From positions 32,001-96,000 of the forward strand of contig CAWBQK010000003.1 in the NCBI GenBank assembly GCA_963791045.1: a DNA stretch of 64,000 nucleotides, in the 5' to 3' direction. Under the pieces are notes generated by a model, which saw only the letters and a program-made list of their open reading frames with translations, was not told where the DNA came from and searched no databases. The DNA is from Candidatus Latescibacterota bacterium (lineage in GTDB: Bacteria; Krumholzibacteriota; Krumholzibacteriia; WVZY01). Numbering within the stretch: the first letter of the stretch is position 1; each line of letters begins with the position of its first letter. Positions 40,822 to 51,937 of the stretch are shown here, in pieces. The position numbers were made by a program, and so were the translations under genes.

Positions 40822-43619
40822 CTACTGAGGCCTCGCAGGTTGGGTCTTCGATCAGGCACGCCGATGAAACGCCCGATGCGAGCATCGTTTTCTCGGGCTG
40901 CCCCGTGTTCGAGGGGGTCGGCGATGCGGCCTTGGCCCCGTCGTATTTATTTGCGATGTCGAGAGTTGATTTCTCAACGGTCGACTTCGCGCAGCGTGCG
41001 AAGGTAGTACGTGGTTTTGAGCCCCATCTCCCACGCGTACCGATAGATCTCCGAGATGAACTTGCCCGACGTGCTCGTCGTGAAAATATTGATCGACTGG
41101 CTCTGGTCGATCCACTTGCCCCGGTGAGCCGCGTGACGGACGATCCACCGTGGGTCGATTTCGAACACTTCCTTGAAGCGATCCTTGATCTCACGCGGGA
41201 TGTCGGCAATCTGCTGAACGCTTCCGTCGTAGTACTTGAGTTTTTCGACCATCGTGTCATTCCACAACCCCAACCGGTTCAACTCGTCGACGAGGTATCC
41301 GTTGACTATCGTGAATTCGCCGCTGAAATTTGATTTCACATAGATGTTTTTGTAGATCGGCTCGACGGAGGGAAAGCACCCGGCGATATTGGCAATCGTC
41401 GCCGTCGGTGCGACCGCCATACAGTTCGAGTTGCGCATTCCGTGTTTGGCGACATGCTCGCGAACCGGCGTCCAGTCCATCTTTGTGCCGGCGTCGACGC
41501 CCGTGGGAAGTCCCCGTTCCTCTTCGAGGGCTGCCAGCGTGTCGACGGGGAAAATTCCGCGATCCCACTTCGAGCCGGGGAAGCTTTTGTAGTATCCCTT
41601 TTCGAGTGCGAGACGCGAAGAAGCGAGTATCGCGTGGTAGGAGACAAACTCCTGGGTGACGTCGGAGAACGTCACCGCTTCGTCGCTATCGAAGTTGAGT
41701 CGAAGTTTATAGAGCGCGTCCTGGACTCCCATCACACCGAGGCCGATGGGACGGTGTTTCATGTTGGCGTTTTGGCTTCGATCGTCGGATAGAAATTGAG
41801 ATCGATCACATTGTCGAGCATGCGAATCGCCGTCGAAATCGTTTCCGCGAGAAGTTCCCTGTCGAGTTGTCCGTCACGGATGTGTTGGACGAGGTTGACG
41901 GATCCGAGATTGCACACGGCGGTTTCGTCGGCCGAGGTGTTGAGCGTGATCTCGGTGCAAAGGTTTGAACTGTGTACCACGCCCATGTGATCCTGGGGCG
42001 AGCGAATATTGCAGGGATCCTTGAAGGTGATCCACGGATGCCCGGTCTCGAAAAGAAGTGTGATCATTTTCCGCCACAGATCGACGGCCTTAACTTTTCT
42101 GAACAGGCTGATTTCGCCGCGTTCGCGCCTTCTTTTCGTACGCTTCGTAGCGCCGCTCGAACTCCGTCCGTACACATGGTGAAGGTCGGGTGTTTCATCC
42201 GGAGAAAAGAGCGTCCAATCCTCGCCCCGCATGACTCGTTTCATAAACAGGTCGGGGATCCAGTTTGCCGTATTGGTGTCGTGCGTTCGCCTTCGCTCGT
42301 CACCGGTGTTTTTGCGGAGCTCGAGAAAATCCTCGATGTCGTAGTGCCACGCTTCCAGGTAGACGCAGGTGGCGCCGCGGCGTTTGCCGCTCCGGTTGAT
42401 CGCGGCGGTGGTCGCGTCGACGATTTTGAGAAATGGAACGACGCCCTGGCTGCCGACGTTCGTGCTCTTAATCAGCGAACCCGTTGCGCGGATGTTCGTC
42501 CAGTCGTTGCCGAGACCCCCCGACCACTTTGACAGCTGGGCGTTGTCTGAAATGCTCTTCATGATTGTGACAGGTTGTCGTTCACAGTCGTCAGGTAACA
42601 CGAACTCATTTGTGGATGCGCCGTGCCGGAATGAAAGAGAGTGGGCGTCGAGGCCACATAGAGCAGACGGGACAATGCGTTGTAAAACTCGATTGCTCGA
42701 TCCGTCCCGCGCGCCGCCGTTCGGATCGCTCTCCTCAGATTGCGAGTCCCATCGCCACACGCATCCAGAACAACTGTGGTGTTTCGAGGATTTTCTGATC
42801 GAGATCCTTGAGGAAATACCGGTCGTAAAGGACCTGGGCGCCGAGGTACTGGAGCAGTGTGTCACGCTCGGGATCGAGCGCGCCGCACAGCTTGTCGAGA
42901 TCGAGTTCGAGAAGACGGGAATCGAGGCGCCCTACGCTTACGCCCATGTTGATGTTTTTCAAGAATGCGTTTCTGTAGGCCGCCACGAAACCGTCTTCGA
43001 ACTCGTCGATTCCAATTACTTCTTTATAAAGGTCGTTGAGCAAAAACCGGGCTGCGATGCGCGAGTACAATGGTTCTCTCTCGATTCTCGCGCGGATCGC
43101 CATGATGATGGCCTGGTTGATTTCACCTGTTGGGATTCCGTCGTAAATCGCGAGCAGGGTGTCGCGAATGATTCCATCCGTATCAACGGGGCCGTCGAAC
43201 AGCCGGCAGCAATTGATGATCGCTTTTTCGATTTCCCCGCGATCGAATCGCGCCGACTGGCCGCCGCGTTTTGTGACCGTTATCTCCCGGCGGTTAATCC
43301 GTTCGAGAAGCTCGTTCCTCCGGGTTTCGCGAATCTCTGCGTGCTCGCGGCGATAGAGAATGTACGCCTTAGCCACGTCGAAATACCCGCGGCCCGCGAG
43401 TGTCTTTTCGACGATATCCTGGATATCCTCAACACCGGGAATCCGTTCGACGAACCTGGATTCGACAATCGCAAGGACATCGTCGGTCATTAATCCCAGG
43501 GATTCTCCGGGCACGGCGACGCCCGACGCCCCAAACGCCTTCTCCATCGCCCGCTCGATACGAACCCGGTCGAAGTCGACGACCGACCCGTTGCGTTTCT
43601 TGATCTTTTCGATGGCCAT
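40822..43619 (-). CDS. nrdA: Ribonucleotide reductase large subunit with two ATP-cones, several apparent frameshifts
   Basis: IKKRNGS..FD and VTKRGG..FD cones, [49 protein letters not shown]-terminal [10 protein letters not shown](CQ). Confidence 0.92.
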
Positions 43620-43641
43620 GTTGCTCCTAAAAGTCTTGTTT

Positions 43642-43689
43642 CCACAAAATATAGTAATTATCCCGGCACGAACACACTATATGTTGTGG
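43642..43689. promoter_or_regulatory. Tandem NrdR boxes
   Basis: CCACAAAATATAGTAA (43642-43657) and ACACTATATGTTGTGG (43674-43689), 32 bp apart, immediately upstream of nrdA. Confidence 0.85.
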
Positions 43690-43935
43690 TGCAGGGTCGG
43701 TTTTCCTTTGGTGAGCGGGAATTCTAATAATCGGGCGGGTGGGCGTCAAGAACTACATGCAAGTGAAAGAATTAACTTGTTGTTGATGTATATAATGCAA
43801 ATAATCCTATATGGTGGCGCCCCCCATACAGGGGAATCAAATCACGCCATCCGGCCACCAGCGGCACCGGGGGGGCGTGTTACGCTTGCGTTGGGGAGGA
43901 TTCCGCGGGATGATAGTCAGGAGGGGAGTCAGCGA

Positions 43936-44640
43936 ATGAAAAACACACACATCAAAGACAATCTGGAAAGCGTTCGGGAGCGCATCGAGCTGGCGTGCTC
44001 TCGATCGGGGCGAGGGGTGGACGAGATTACGATCGTGGCGGTCACAAAGACCCACGGCGCCGAGGTCGTCGACGCCGTGGTCGAAGCGGGCATCGCAGAC
44101 GTCGGCGAGAACAGGATCCAGGAATTTCTCGAAAAAAAGCAACACGTCACCCGGCCGTGCCGGTGGCACCTCGTCGGGACGCTCCAGCGCAACAAGGCGA
44201 CGAAGGCGATTGGGCAGTTCGAGATGATCCAGTCGGTCGACCGGCTGAGACTCGCGGAGACCATAAGCCGTCTCGGCGTGGAACACGGCATCGACACGCG
44301 GGTTCTCATCGAGGTCAATACGTCGGGCGAGGCCACCAAGCATGGGGTCGCGCCCGATGAAGTCGTCGACCTCTCAGGCGCGGTGACCGAACTGCCCGGG
44401 CTCTCGCTCGATGGGCTGATGACTATCGGGCCGCTCACAGACGACGAGAAGGCTATCCGGCGGTCGTTCGAACTTCTCCGGGATCTTCGGGGCCGCGCCG
44501 AGGAAGGCCTCGGGGCAAAACTGCGTCATCTCAGCATGGGGATGAGCGATGATTTCGATATAGCCGTGGAGGAGGGTGCGACGATTATTCGCCTCGGCCG
44601 CGTGCTACTTGGGGCGCGCTCGACGCAGCCGCCGCGATGA
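43936..44640 (+). CDS. yggS: PLP homeostasis protein YggS
   Basis: VAVTKT, GENRIQE, WHLVGTLQRNK, GLMTI, LSMGMSDDF, RLGR. Confidence 0.95.
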   Translation: MKNTHIKDNLESVRERIELACSRSGRGVDEITIVAVTKTHGAEVVDAVVEAGIADVGENRIQEFLEKKQHVTRPCRWHLVGTLQRNKATKAIGQFEMIQSVDRLRLAETISRLGVEHGIDTRVLIEVNTSGEATKHGVAPDEVVDLSGAVTELPGLSLDGLMTIGPLTDDEKAIRRSFELLRDLRGRAEEGLGAKLRHLSMGMSDDFDIAVEEGATIIRLGRVLLGARSTQPPR

Positions 44641-44771
44641 AGCGGAAAAAAATCTACCATATTCGACGGATTCGTGTATCTTCATGGGCGAAGCGTTTAT
44701 TGGAGCTGAAAAGAGATTGTGTAACTTATTGTAAATAAATATATTAAGTCTTGGTGAATGCGGGTTGTCTT

Positions 44772-44787
44772 TGGCTTGGATATTGCA
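44772..44787 (+). promoter_or_regulatory. Putative sigma54 (-24/-12) promoter upstream of divIVA
   Basis: TGGCTTGGATATTGCA (GG-N10-GC), preceded by an AT-rich tract. Confidence 0.45.
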
Positions 44788-44860
44788 AAATCGTCGGTGA
44801 GCTGATTTCTATCACCCTGCGCAATTAGGATAACCGATTTTAGTCCCGGGAGGACGAGAC

Positions 44861-45682
44861 ATGCGTTTGACACCGCTCGACATCAGAAAACAAGAATTCA
44901 AGAAAGCAATGAGGGGTCTGGACTCCGACGAGGTGCAGGCATTTTTGAGCACCCTCGCCGACGAGTACGAAGCGGTGATAAACGATAACAAGGCTCTGCG
45001 CGAACGCCTGCTCGAACTGGACGACAAGGTGCAGGAGTACCGCAACATGGAGAAGACCCTGCGGGACACACTTCTCACCGCGGAGCGGGTGACCGTCGAC
45101 GCCAAGGAAAATGCGCGGCGCGAGGCGGACCTGGTTGTCAAGGAAGCGCAGATTGAAGCGGAGAAATCAGTCCGGGACATCAGAAACTCAGCCATGAAAC
45201 TCCGCCAGGAGATACAGACGCTCAAACAGCAGAAGGACGGCTACCTGTCGCGCGTGAGAATCCTCGTCGAGTCGCACATGAAGTTTATCGAATCCGCCGA
45301 GAAGGATTTTGCGGAAGAGGAGCAGCGGCTGGAGAGCGAGCAGAAAGAATTCGAGACGAGTAAGACCACGACCGCGAGAGAGCCTCAATCACCGGAGCTT
45401 CGAGAGATCCTCGACGAAGTCATCGAGCGCCAGAAGACCGCACTTAAAGAAGAGGTGCCGGTGGACAGCTCCCCGGGCGGTGTCGAGAAAACCGCGGAGC
45501 GTCCGAGCGGCGATGTAGAGACTCCCGCTTCGGCGACCGACGATAAGACGCCTACGCCCCAGCCGGTTGCCCAGACCGCCGAGGGTGGTAGTCAGTCACA
45601 AGGGGCGTCGTCCAGGTGGTCACTCGACAAACTCAAAAAAGATATCCTCACCGGGGCGCCAAAGGACGATGAAACGAGTTGA
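44861..45682 (+). CDS. divIVA: DivIVA domain protein
   Basis: LTPLDIRKQEFKKAMRGLDSDEVQAFL followed by coiled coil. Confidence 0.88.
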   Translation: MRLTPLDIRKQEFKKAMRGLDSDEVQAFLSTLADEYEAVINDNKALRERLLELDDKVQEYRNMEKTLRDTLLTAERVTVDAKENARREADLVVKEAQIEAEKSVRDIRNSAMKLRQEIQTLKQQKDGYLSRVRILVESHMKFIESAEKDFAEEEQRLESEQKEFETSKTTTAREPQSPELREILDEVIERQKTALKEEVPVDSSPGGVEKTAERPSGDVETPASATDDKTPTPQPVAQTAEGGSQSQGASSRWSLDKLKKDILTGAPKDDETS

Positions 45683-45962
45683 CGATCTCGCGGACGGCCG
45701 GATTTCGTTTTTGGTAAGTCTCACCCCCCGATCATCACGGGACACTGTCGTTGGGTGGACGGAGGCGGGCAATCTCAAGATACTCGTCACGTCGCCGCCC
45801 GTCGATGATGCGGCCAATCGAAGCCTCGTCAAACTACTGTCAAAGTCGCTCGATGTCGCCAGGAGAGAGGTGACCATCGTATCGGGACAGCGGTCGCGGG
45901 CGAAGCGCGTGACCGTCCCCGCTTCTTGCAAGAATCGGCTTTCAAGCTATCCGGACATCTGA
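45669..45962 (+). CDS. DUF167/YggU family protein
   Basis: TPRSSR, LKILVTSPPVDDAAN, IVSGQRSRAK. Confidence 0.85.
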   Translation: MKRVDDLADGRISFLVSLTPRSSRDTVVGWTEAGNLKILVTSPPVDDAANRSLVKLLSKSLDVARREVTIVSGQRSRAKRVTVPASCKNRLSSYPDI

Positions 45963-46052
45963 TAGAATACCGACCTTCGAGAATTTCCGCCGCTGAACCG
46001 TCTCGAAAACCCAGGCTCGTACACAATTTCACCAATCAAGGACGAGGAGGTT

Positions 46053-46877
46053 GTGGTGAGAGATCTTTACGATAAGATCCAGGAAGCCAAAGCCTATATC
46101 GAAGCGAAAACCAAGGCCCGCCCCCAGGTCGCCATCGTACTCGGGACCGGTCTCGGTGGAATGGCCGGGTCGATCGATGCCGACGTGTCGATTCCCTACG
46201 GCGAGATCCCGCACTTCGTCAAAGCGACGGGGCTGGGGCATGACGGCAACCTCATCATAGGAACTCTCGGCGGCAAAACCGTCGTGGCGATGCAGGGACG
46301 ACTGCATTACTACGAGGGATACACGATGAAGGAAATCACTTTCCCGCTCCGTGTAATGAATGCGCTTGGCGCCGATGAGCTGGTCATGTCGAGCGCCGTC
46401 GGCGGGATGAACGTTCATCTCGATCGCGGCGATATCGTCGTGCTGACCGACTTCATAAACCTGATGGGGGACAATCCGCTCATAGGCTGGAACGATGAGC
46501 GCCTGGGTCCGCGCTTTCCCGACATGTCGGAACCTTTCGATCTCGAACGGAGGGAGCTGTTCGAGACCCTCGCGATCGAGAAGGGAATAAACGTGCGCCG
46601 CGCGGTGCTCGTGGGCGTGGCCGGACCCAATCTCGAGACGGCCGCCGAGTACAGATTTCTCCGCAGAGTCGGCGCCGATATCGTGGGGATGTCGACGGTT
46701 CCCGAGGTCATCGTCGCGGGGCACTGCGGGATAAAGACGCTGGCGCTGTCCGTCATCACCGATCTTTGTCCGGCGGACAATCTTCAGCCCGCCAACATAA
46801 AAGAAATCATCGAAACGGCGGAAACCGCCGAACCAAAACTTCGCGAACTGGTAATGGAATATCTCAAACGCTTGTAG
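46053..46877 (+). CDS. punA: Purine nucleoside phosphorylase (trimeric type)
   Basis: VLGTGLG, MQGRLHYYEG, GPRFPDMS, GPNLET.AE, VGMSTVPE. Confidence 0.92.
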   Translation: MVRDLYDKIQEAKAYIEAKTKARPQVAIVLGTGLGGMAGSIDADVSIPYGEIPHFVKATGLGHDGNLIIGTLGGKTVVAMQGRLHYYEGYTMKEITFPLRVMNALGADELVMSSAVGGMNVHLDRGDIVVLTDFINLMGDNPLIGWNDERLGPRFPDMSEPFDLERRELFETLAIEKGINVRRAVLVGVAGPNLETAAEYRFLRRVGADIVGMSTVPEVIVAGHCGIKTLALSVITDLCPADNLQPANIKEIIETAETAEPKLRELVMEYLKRL

Positions 46878-46892
46878 GCTGTGATTTGACCC

Positions 46893-49800
46893 ATGGAAAA
46901 CAAACGATTCAAAGACGTCGCTAAGCCCGACAGTATCCCCGTCGCCGAAGAGGCGGTCATGGAATTCTGGAACCGGGGCAAAATCTTCGAAGAAAGCGTC
47001 ACGCGGCACGATGGCGGTCCTCGTTTCGTGTTCTACGAAGGCCCTCCGACGGCGAACGGCAAGCCCGGCGTCCATCACGTTCTTGCCAGACTCTGCAAGG
47101 ATATCGTTTGCCGATACAAGGCGATGACGGGGTACCAGGTAATCCGCAAGGCGGGATGGGACACGCACGGTCTGCCCGTCGAAATCGAAGTGGAAAAGCA
47201 ACTCGATATCAGCCACAAGGAAGAAATCGAGGCTTACGGCATCGCCAACTTCAACGCGAAGTGCAAAGAAAGTGTTTTCAAGTACGAGAAGGAATGGGTT
47301 CGGTTTACCCAGCGTATCGGTTACTGGCTCGATCTCGAAAACCCGTATGTAACGTACACGAACGACTACATCGAAACGGTGTGGTGGATCCTCAAAAAAT
47401 TCTGGGACGAGGGGCTTCTCTACGAAGGGCACAAAATTGTTCCGTTCTGCCCGCGGTGCGAGACGTCGCTCAGTAGCCACGAGGTGAGCCAGGGTTACAA
47501 AGACGTCGACGACCCTTCGGTCTTCATCAAATTCAAGAGGGCGGACAGCGAGGACCGTTTTCTCGTATGGACGACGACGCCGTGGACTTTGACGGCGAAC
47601 GCGGCGCTTGCCGTGGGTCCGTATTTCGATTACGTGCGTGTCGCGCACGATGGCGAGACGCTTGTTCTTGCCGAGGCGCTTCTCGGAGTCCTCGAGGGAG
47701 AGTACGAAGTTCTCGAAAAGTTCAAAGGCGAGGAACTCGCCGGAGCGTCTTACGAACCGCTCTTCCCGTTTTTCAAGAATGCCGAGAACGGGTTCAAGGT
47801 GTTCGCAGGCGATTTTGTGAGTCTCGAGGACGGTACCGGAATCGTCCACATCGCTCCGGCGTTCGGCGAAGACGACTACAAGCTTCATTTGAACCAGGGG
47901 GTGCCCCTCCTTCAGCCGGTCACGCTCCAGGGGACGTTCACCGAAGACGTGGAACCGTGGGTCGGACAGTGGATCAAGGACGCCGACCCGCACATCATCC
48001 GTGCGCTCAAAGAAGAGGGCAAACTCTACAAGAGCGGAAGGATCACACACTCGTACCCGTTCTGCTGGCGGTGTTCCACCGCGTTGGTCTACTACGCCCG
48101 CCGGTCGTGGTACATAAAGACCACGGCGTTCAAGGACGAGATGATCGCCGCCAACAACAAGATCAACTGGATTCCAAAAGAAGTCGGCGAGCACCGTTTT
48201 GGCAACTGGCTCGAAAACAATGTCGATTGGGCGCTGAGCCGCGAGCGTTATTGGGGGACGCCGCTCCCCGTGTGGGTGTGCGAAAAGGATGACGAGCACC
48301 GTCTTGCCGTGGGCAGCGTCGCAGAGCTCAGAGAGCTTGGCGAAGATATTCCCGGGGACGACGAACTGGATCTTCATCGGCCGCAGGTGGATGATTTCAT
48401 CCTTAAGTGCCCCGAGTGCGGAGGCCGGATGCGCCGGGTCAAGGAAGTCATCGATGCGTGGTTCGATTCGGGGAGCATGCCGTTTTCCCAATATCACTAC
48501 CCGTTCGATGAAAACAAAATGTTCGACGGTCAGTTTCCCGCCGATTTTATTTCCGAGGGAATCGACCAGTCGCGCGGCTGGTTCTACTCGATGCTCGCGA
48601 TTTCGACCTTCCTCAAGGGCGAGAGCTCGTACAAGAGCTGCGTCGTGACCGAGATGATCCTCGACAAAAAGGGTCAGAAGATGTCCAAGACGCGCGGCAA
48701 TGTCGTCGAACCGTGGGACGTGCTAAACAAGGAAGGCGCCGACGCGCTCAGGTGGTATCTGATTTCGAGCAGTCCGCCGTATCTCCCGACGAAATTCGAC
48801 AGGAAAGCCGTCGTCGAGGCATCGCAAAAACTTCTCGGGACGCTTCGAAACGTCTACTCGTTCTTCGCCATGTATGCGGAGATCGACGATTACAAACCGG
48901 GCGACGAGAAGGGCGAACCCAATCTCATCGACAGGTGGATCCTGTCGCGGTATCACACCACCGTCGCCGAAGCGGGAAAACAACTCGAGGCATTCGATAT
49001 GACCCGGGCGGCAAGGGCTCTGCAGGCGTTTGTCCTCGATGAACTGAGCAACTGGTACGTCCGGCGATCGCGGCGGCGGTTCTGGAAAGGTGAGATGGGT
49101 CCCGACAAACTCGCCGCGTACGACACGCTGTACACGGTGCTCAAGGGGACGCTCAAGCTTCTCGCTCCATTTGTGCCGTTTGTGACCGAAGAGATCGCCC
49201 AGGCGGTTGACTGTGGGATGACCGGCAAGGCCGAAGTGGGGAGCATCCACCTCGAGACGTTCCCCGAAAGCGATCCGTCGAAAGTCGACGCGGAACTCGA
49301 GACGTTGATGGACACGGCGCTCAGGGTCTGCGCGCTTGGACGAACGGTGAGGAACGACGTTGGAATCAAAATACGACAGCCTCTCGGCGAGCTTGTAATT
49401 CACGACAATACGGGCCGGTGCGAGAGACTCACGAAGAATGCCGAGGTCGTCGATATCGTCCTCGACGAACTGCACGTTAAAAAGATCACGATTGCCGAAG
49501 AACTGTCGCGCTACGTTACGTTGAAAGCAACTCCGGCCTACCCGGTGCTGGGAAAACGTTTCGGCAAACGCGTCCCCGAAGTCGTGAAGCTGATTGGGGC
49601 GCTTTCGCAGGGTGACCTCGAGGGCTTTCTCAAATCGGGCGGGGCAACCGTGGGGTCGGGTGACGAGGAAGTCAAACTCGGCCGCGATGAAATGTCTGTC
49701 CAGGCGGAGGGGATCGCGCCGTACGGTGGGCGCCAGGAGCACGGAGTCACAGTGGCGATCAATCTCGAGATCGACGAAGCGCTCCGGCTTGAAGGCCTCG

Positions 49801-50048
49801 CGCGAGAAATCGTCAACAGGCTTCAGAACCTGAGGAAGAACGCCGGGTTCGAGGTCGGCGACAGGATTGCCATCAGGTACGACGGCGGCGAAGCGGCCGA
49901 CCAGGTCTTCGCCGGGCAGGAAGAGTTTATCAAGACGGAGACGCTTGCCCGCTCCATCGAAAAGGGCGCCGCCGAGTGGAACGATATGACGGAGTTCGAC
50001 TTGGAAGGGGATCGAATAAGCCTTTGGATTCAGAGAGAATCTGATTGA
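46893..50048 (+). CDS. ileS: Isoleucine--tRNA ligase, type 2
   Basis: FYEGPPTANG.PGVHH, GWDTHGLP, WTTTPWTL, DWALSRERYWGTP, WFDSGSMP, KMSKT, SNWYVRRSR.RFW. Confidence 0.97.
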   Translation: MENKRFKDVAKPDSIPVAEEAVMEFWNRGKIFEESVTRHDGGPRFVFYEGPPTANGKPGVHHVLARLCKDIVCRYKAMTGYQVIRKAGWDTHGLPVEIEVEKQLDISHKEEIEAYGIANFNAKCKESVFKYEKEWVRFTQRIGYWLDLENPYVTYTNDYIETVWWILKKFWDEGLLYEGHKIVPFCPRCETSLSSHEVSQGYKDVDDPSVFIKFKRADSEDRFLVWTTTPWTLTANAALAVGPYFDYVRVAHDGETLVLAEALLGVLEGEYEVLEKFKGEELAGASYEPLFPFFKNAENGFKVFAGDFVSLEDGTGIVHIAPAFGEDDYKLHLNQGVPLLQPVTLQGTFTEDVEPWVGQWIKDADPHIIRALKEEGKLYKSGRITHSYPFCWRCSTALVYYARRSWYIKTTAFKDEMIAANNKINWIPKEVGEHRFGNWLENNVDWALSRERYWGTPLPVWVCEKDDEHRLAVGSVAELRELGEDIPGDDELDLHRPQVDDFILKCPECGGRMRRVKEVIDAWFDSGSMPFSQYHYPFDENKMFDGQFPADFISEGIDQSRGWFYSMLAISTFLKGESSYKSCVVTEMILDKKGQKMSKTRGNVVEPWDVLNKEGADALRWYLISSSPPYLPTKFDRKAVVEASQKLLGTLRNVYSFFAMYAEIDDYKPGDEKGEPNLIDRWILSRYHTTVAEAGKQLEAFDMTRAARALQAFVLDELSNWYVRRSRRRFWKGEMGPDKLAAYDTLYTVLKGTLKLLAPFVPFVTEEIAQAVDCGMTGKAEVGSIHLETFPESDPSKVDAELETLMDTALRVCALGRTVRNDVGIKIRQPLGELVIHDNTGRCERLTKNAEVVDIVLDELHVKKITIAEELSRYVTLKATPAYPVLGKRFGKRVPEVVKLIGALSQGDLEGFLKSGGATVGSGDEEVKLGRDEMSVQAEGIAPYGGRQEHGVTVAINLEIDEALRLEGLAREIVNRLQNLRKNAGFEVGDRIAIRYDGGEAADQVFAGQEEFIKTETLARSIEKGAAEWNDMTEFDLEGDRISLWIQRESD

Positions 50049-50135
50049 CAAGGCATATAGGCGTTAGTATCTTATCATCGCTTTTCGACAACCCCTATAA
50101 TTGACGAGAACGGCGCAATGCGCCATGAGGTTGGA

Positions 50136-50513
50136 ATGAATAAGAAAGAACTGGCAAAGTTCGAAAAGAAGATCATGGACGAGATGGAACGTGTCCGTGA
50201 GAAGCTAGGCGTTATCGGCGAAGAGATTTCTGATCGAACGGCAAACAAGGCCAACGGGAGCCAGGGCTACTCCAACCACATGGCCGATATCGGCAGCGAC
50301 GCAATTGAGCAGGAGCAGGCGTTCCTCCATGCCAGCCAGGGCACCGAATATCTCAACCGGCTGGAATTGGCCCTGAAGCGGATCCGGGACGGTTCGTACG
50401 GAGTCTGCGAGGATTGTTCGTCAAAAATTCCCACCAAGCGTCTCGAGGCTTACCTCGCCGCGCTTCTCTGTGTCGAATGCAAATCCAAACAGGAGAAACT
50501 CCAGAGGGGTTAA
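50136..50513 (+). CDS. TraR/DksA C4 zinc finger protein
   Basis: NHMAD, YGVCEDC..IP.KRL.A...CVEC. A TTGACA-N17-TATCTT promoter lies at 50045-50073. Confidence 0.9.
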   Translation: MNKKELAKFEKKIMDEMERVREKLGVIGEEISDRTANKANGSQGYSNHMADIGSDAIEQEQAFLHASQGTEYLNRLELALKRIRDGSYGVCEDCSSKIPTKRLEAYLAALLCVECKSKQEKLQRG

Positions 50514-50516
50514 ATA

Positions 50517-50975
50517 GTGGGGTTTCTTCTTCCAGCCCTGATCGTCGTACTCCTCGATCAAGCTTCCAAACAATTCTTCTGGATACTCGGCAAGAATTTC
50601 GATGTAATCGATGATTTTCTTCGCGTGACGCTGGTCCGCAATTCCGGCGCCGCTTTCGGGATGCTCCAGGGCGGCCGGATTTTCCTGGTCTTTTCGAGTG
50701 TTATCGCGGCGATATTTATTATTTTTCTCGCCCAGAGAATCCCCGCCGAGGAAAAGGCCAAAAGGATTTTCCTGGGGATGATTCTTGGTGGCGCACTCGG
50801 CAATCTCGTAGACCGTCTTTACCCGGGGCACGTAATCGATTTCATTGATATGGGCATCGGTGCACACCGCTGGCCCGTGTACAACATCGCGGATACGGCC
50901 GTGACCGTAGGCGGAATTCTGCTCATTGTTGCTTTTTCCCTGAAGCGTGAAGAAGGACCAGATCAAACGGAATGA
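50517..50975 (+). CDS. lspA: Lipoprotein signal peptidase II
   Basis: LDQASK, NSGAAFG, GGALGNLVDR, VIDF, YNIAD. Confidence 0.95.
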   Translation: MGFLLPALIVVLLDQASKQFFWILGKNFDVIDDFLRVTLVRNSGAAFGMLQGGRIFLVFSSVIAAIFIIFLAQRIPAEEKAKRIFLGMILGGALGNLVDRLYPGHVIDFIDMGIGAHRWPVYNIADTAVTVGGILLIVAFSLKREEGPDQTE

Positions 50976-51922
50976 ACATCTCACGGCCGGGCCCGAAGAC
51001 GAAGGCGCCCGTCTCGATGTGTTCCTAGCGGCCCACGTCGAGGGCCTGTCGAGAAACCAGGTCCAAAAGCTCATCAAGGACCGTTGTGTTACGGTCAATT
51101 CGCAGTCTAAAGCCGCCAACTATCAGGTCAAAAACGGCGACGCCGTCGCGATTGATATTCCGGAGACGGACGCAGAAGTCCGGGCTCCGGTCCCCCAGAA
51201 GATTCCAATTTGCGTTATATACGAAGACGATGATCTCGTTGTTATCAATAAAGATGCGGGGATCGTTGTTCATCCCGCGCACGGAAACTGGGATGGGACC
51301 GTCGTCAACGCGCTCCTCGGGCGGGGAATCGCTCTGGCACCCCTGGGCGGGACGGACCGCCCGGGCGTGGTTCACCGTCTCGACAAAGACACGTCGGGCG
51401 TTCTGGTTCTGGCGAAGACCGATCGCGCGTACAGTGGGATGAGCGAACAGATAAAGGCGCGTGAAATCAAGAAAGTCTACCACGCCATTTCGTGGGGAAA
51501 TATCGGGGGGACATCGAGAACCATCGACGCGCCAATCGCCCGGCACCCGGTGCACCGGCAAAAGATGGCCGTCGCAAAGCGTGGTGGCCGCGAGGCTTAC
51601 ACCGAAGTGTTTGTGGTAGACACCTTTGATTATTTCGATTATATTCGGGTCATTATAGTTACGGGCAGGACTCACCAGATTCGAGTGCATATGTCGCACA
51701 TTTCCCATCCGATTCTTGGTGATTCCGTCTACAGCGGGCGTCGGAACAGGGGTGTTTCGCCCGAAGGTTGATGCCCTGCTTAAAGCGATGCAGCGACAAG
51801 CCCTTCACGCGTCAATGATATCTTTTGTCCACCCCGTGACCGGGCGTCGAATGGAATTTAAGACGGCGCTTCCAACGGATATGCAATTGGCGCTTGAGCG
51901 GTTGTACCGCGGTAGAGAGTAA
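50947..51922 (+). CDS. rluD: RluA-family pseudouridine synthase (RluD-like), apparent frameshift near 51760
   Basis: S4 domain RLDVFL, VHRLDKDTSG, TGRTHQIRVH, GDSVY. The C-terminal RQALHA..F.HP.TG motif is in the 51716..51922 frame. Confidence 0.9.
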
Positions 51923-51937
51923 TCAGGAGGTAAGGGT

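Noticed and set aside
40822-43619. Intein, intron or split nrdA
   Set aside because: Total length fits a two-ATP-cone NrdA, there are no splicing or endonuclease motifs, and the breaks look like small indels.
46029-50051. Long antisense ORFs (822 aa, 442 aa) opposite PNP/ileS, and similar shadow ORFs elsewhere
   Set aside because: No recognisable motifs; these are the expected shadows of high-GC coding sequence.
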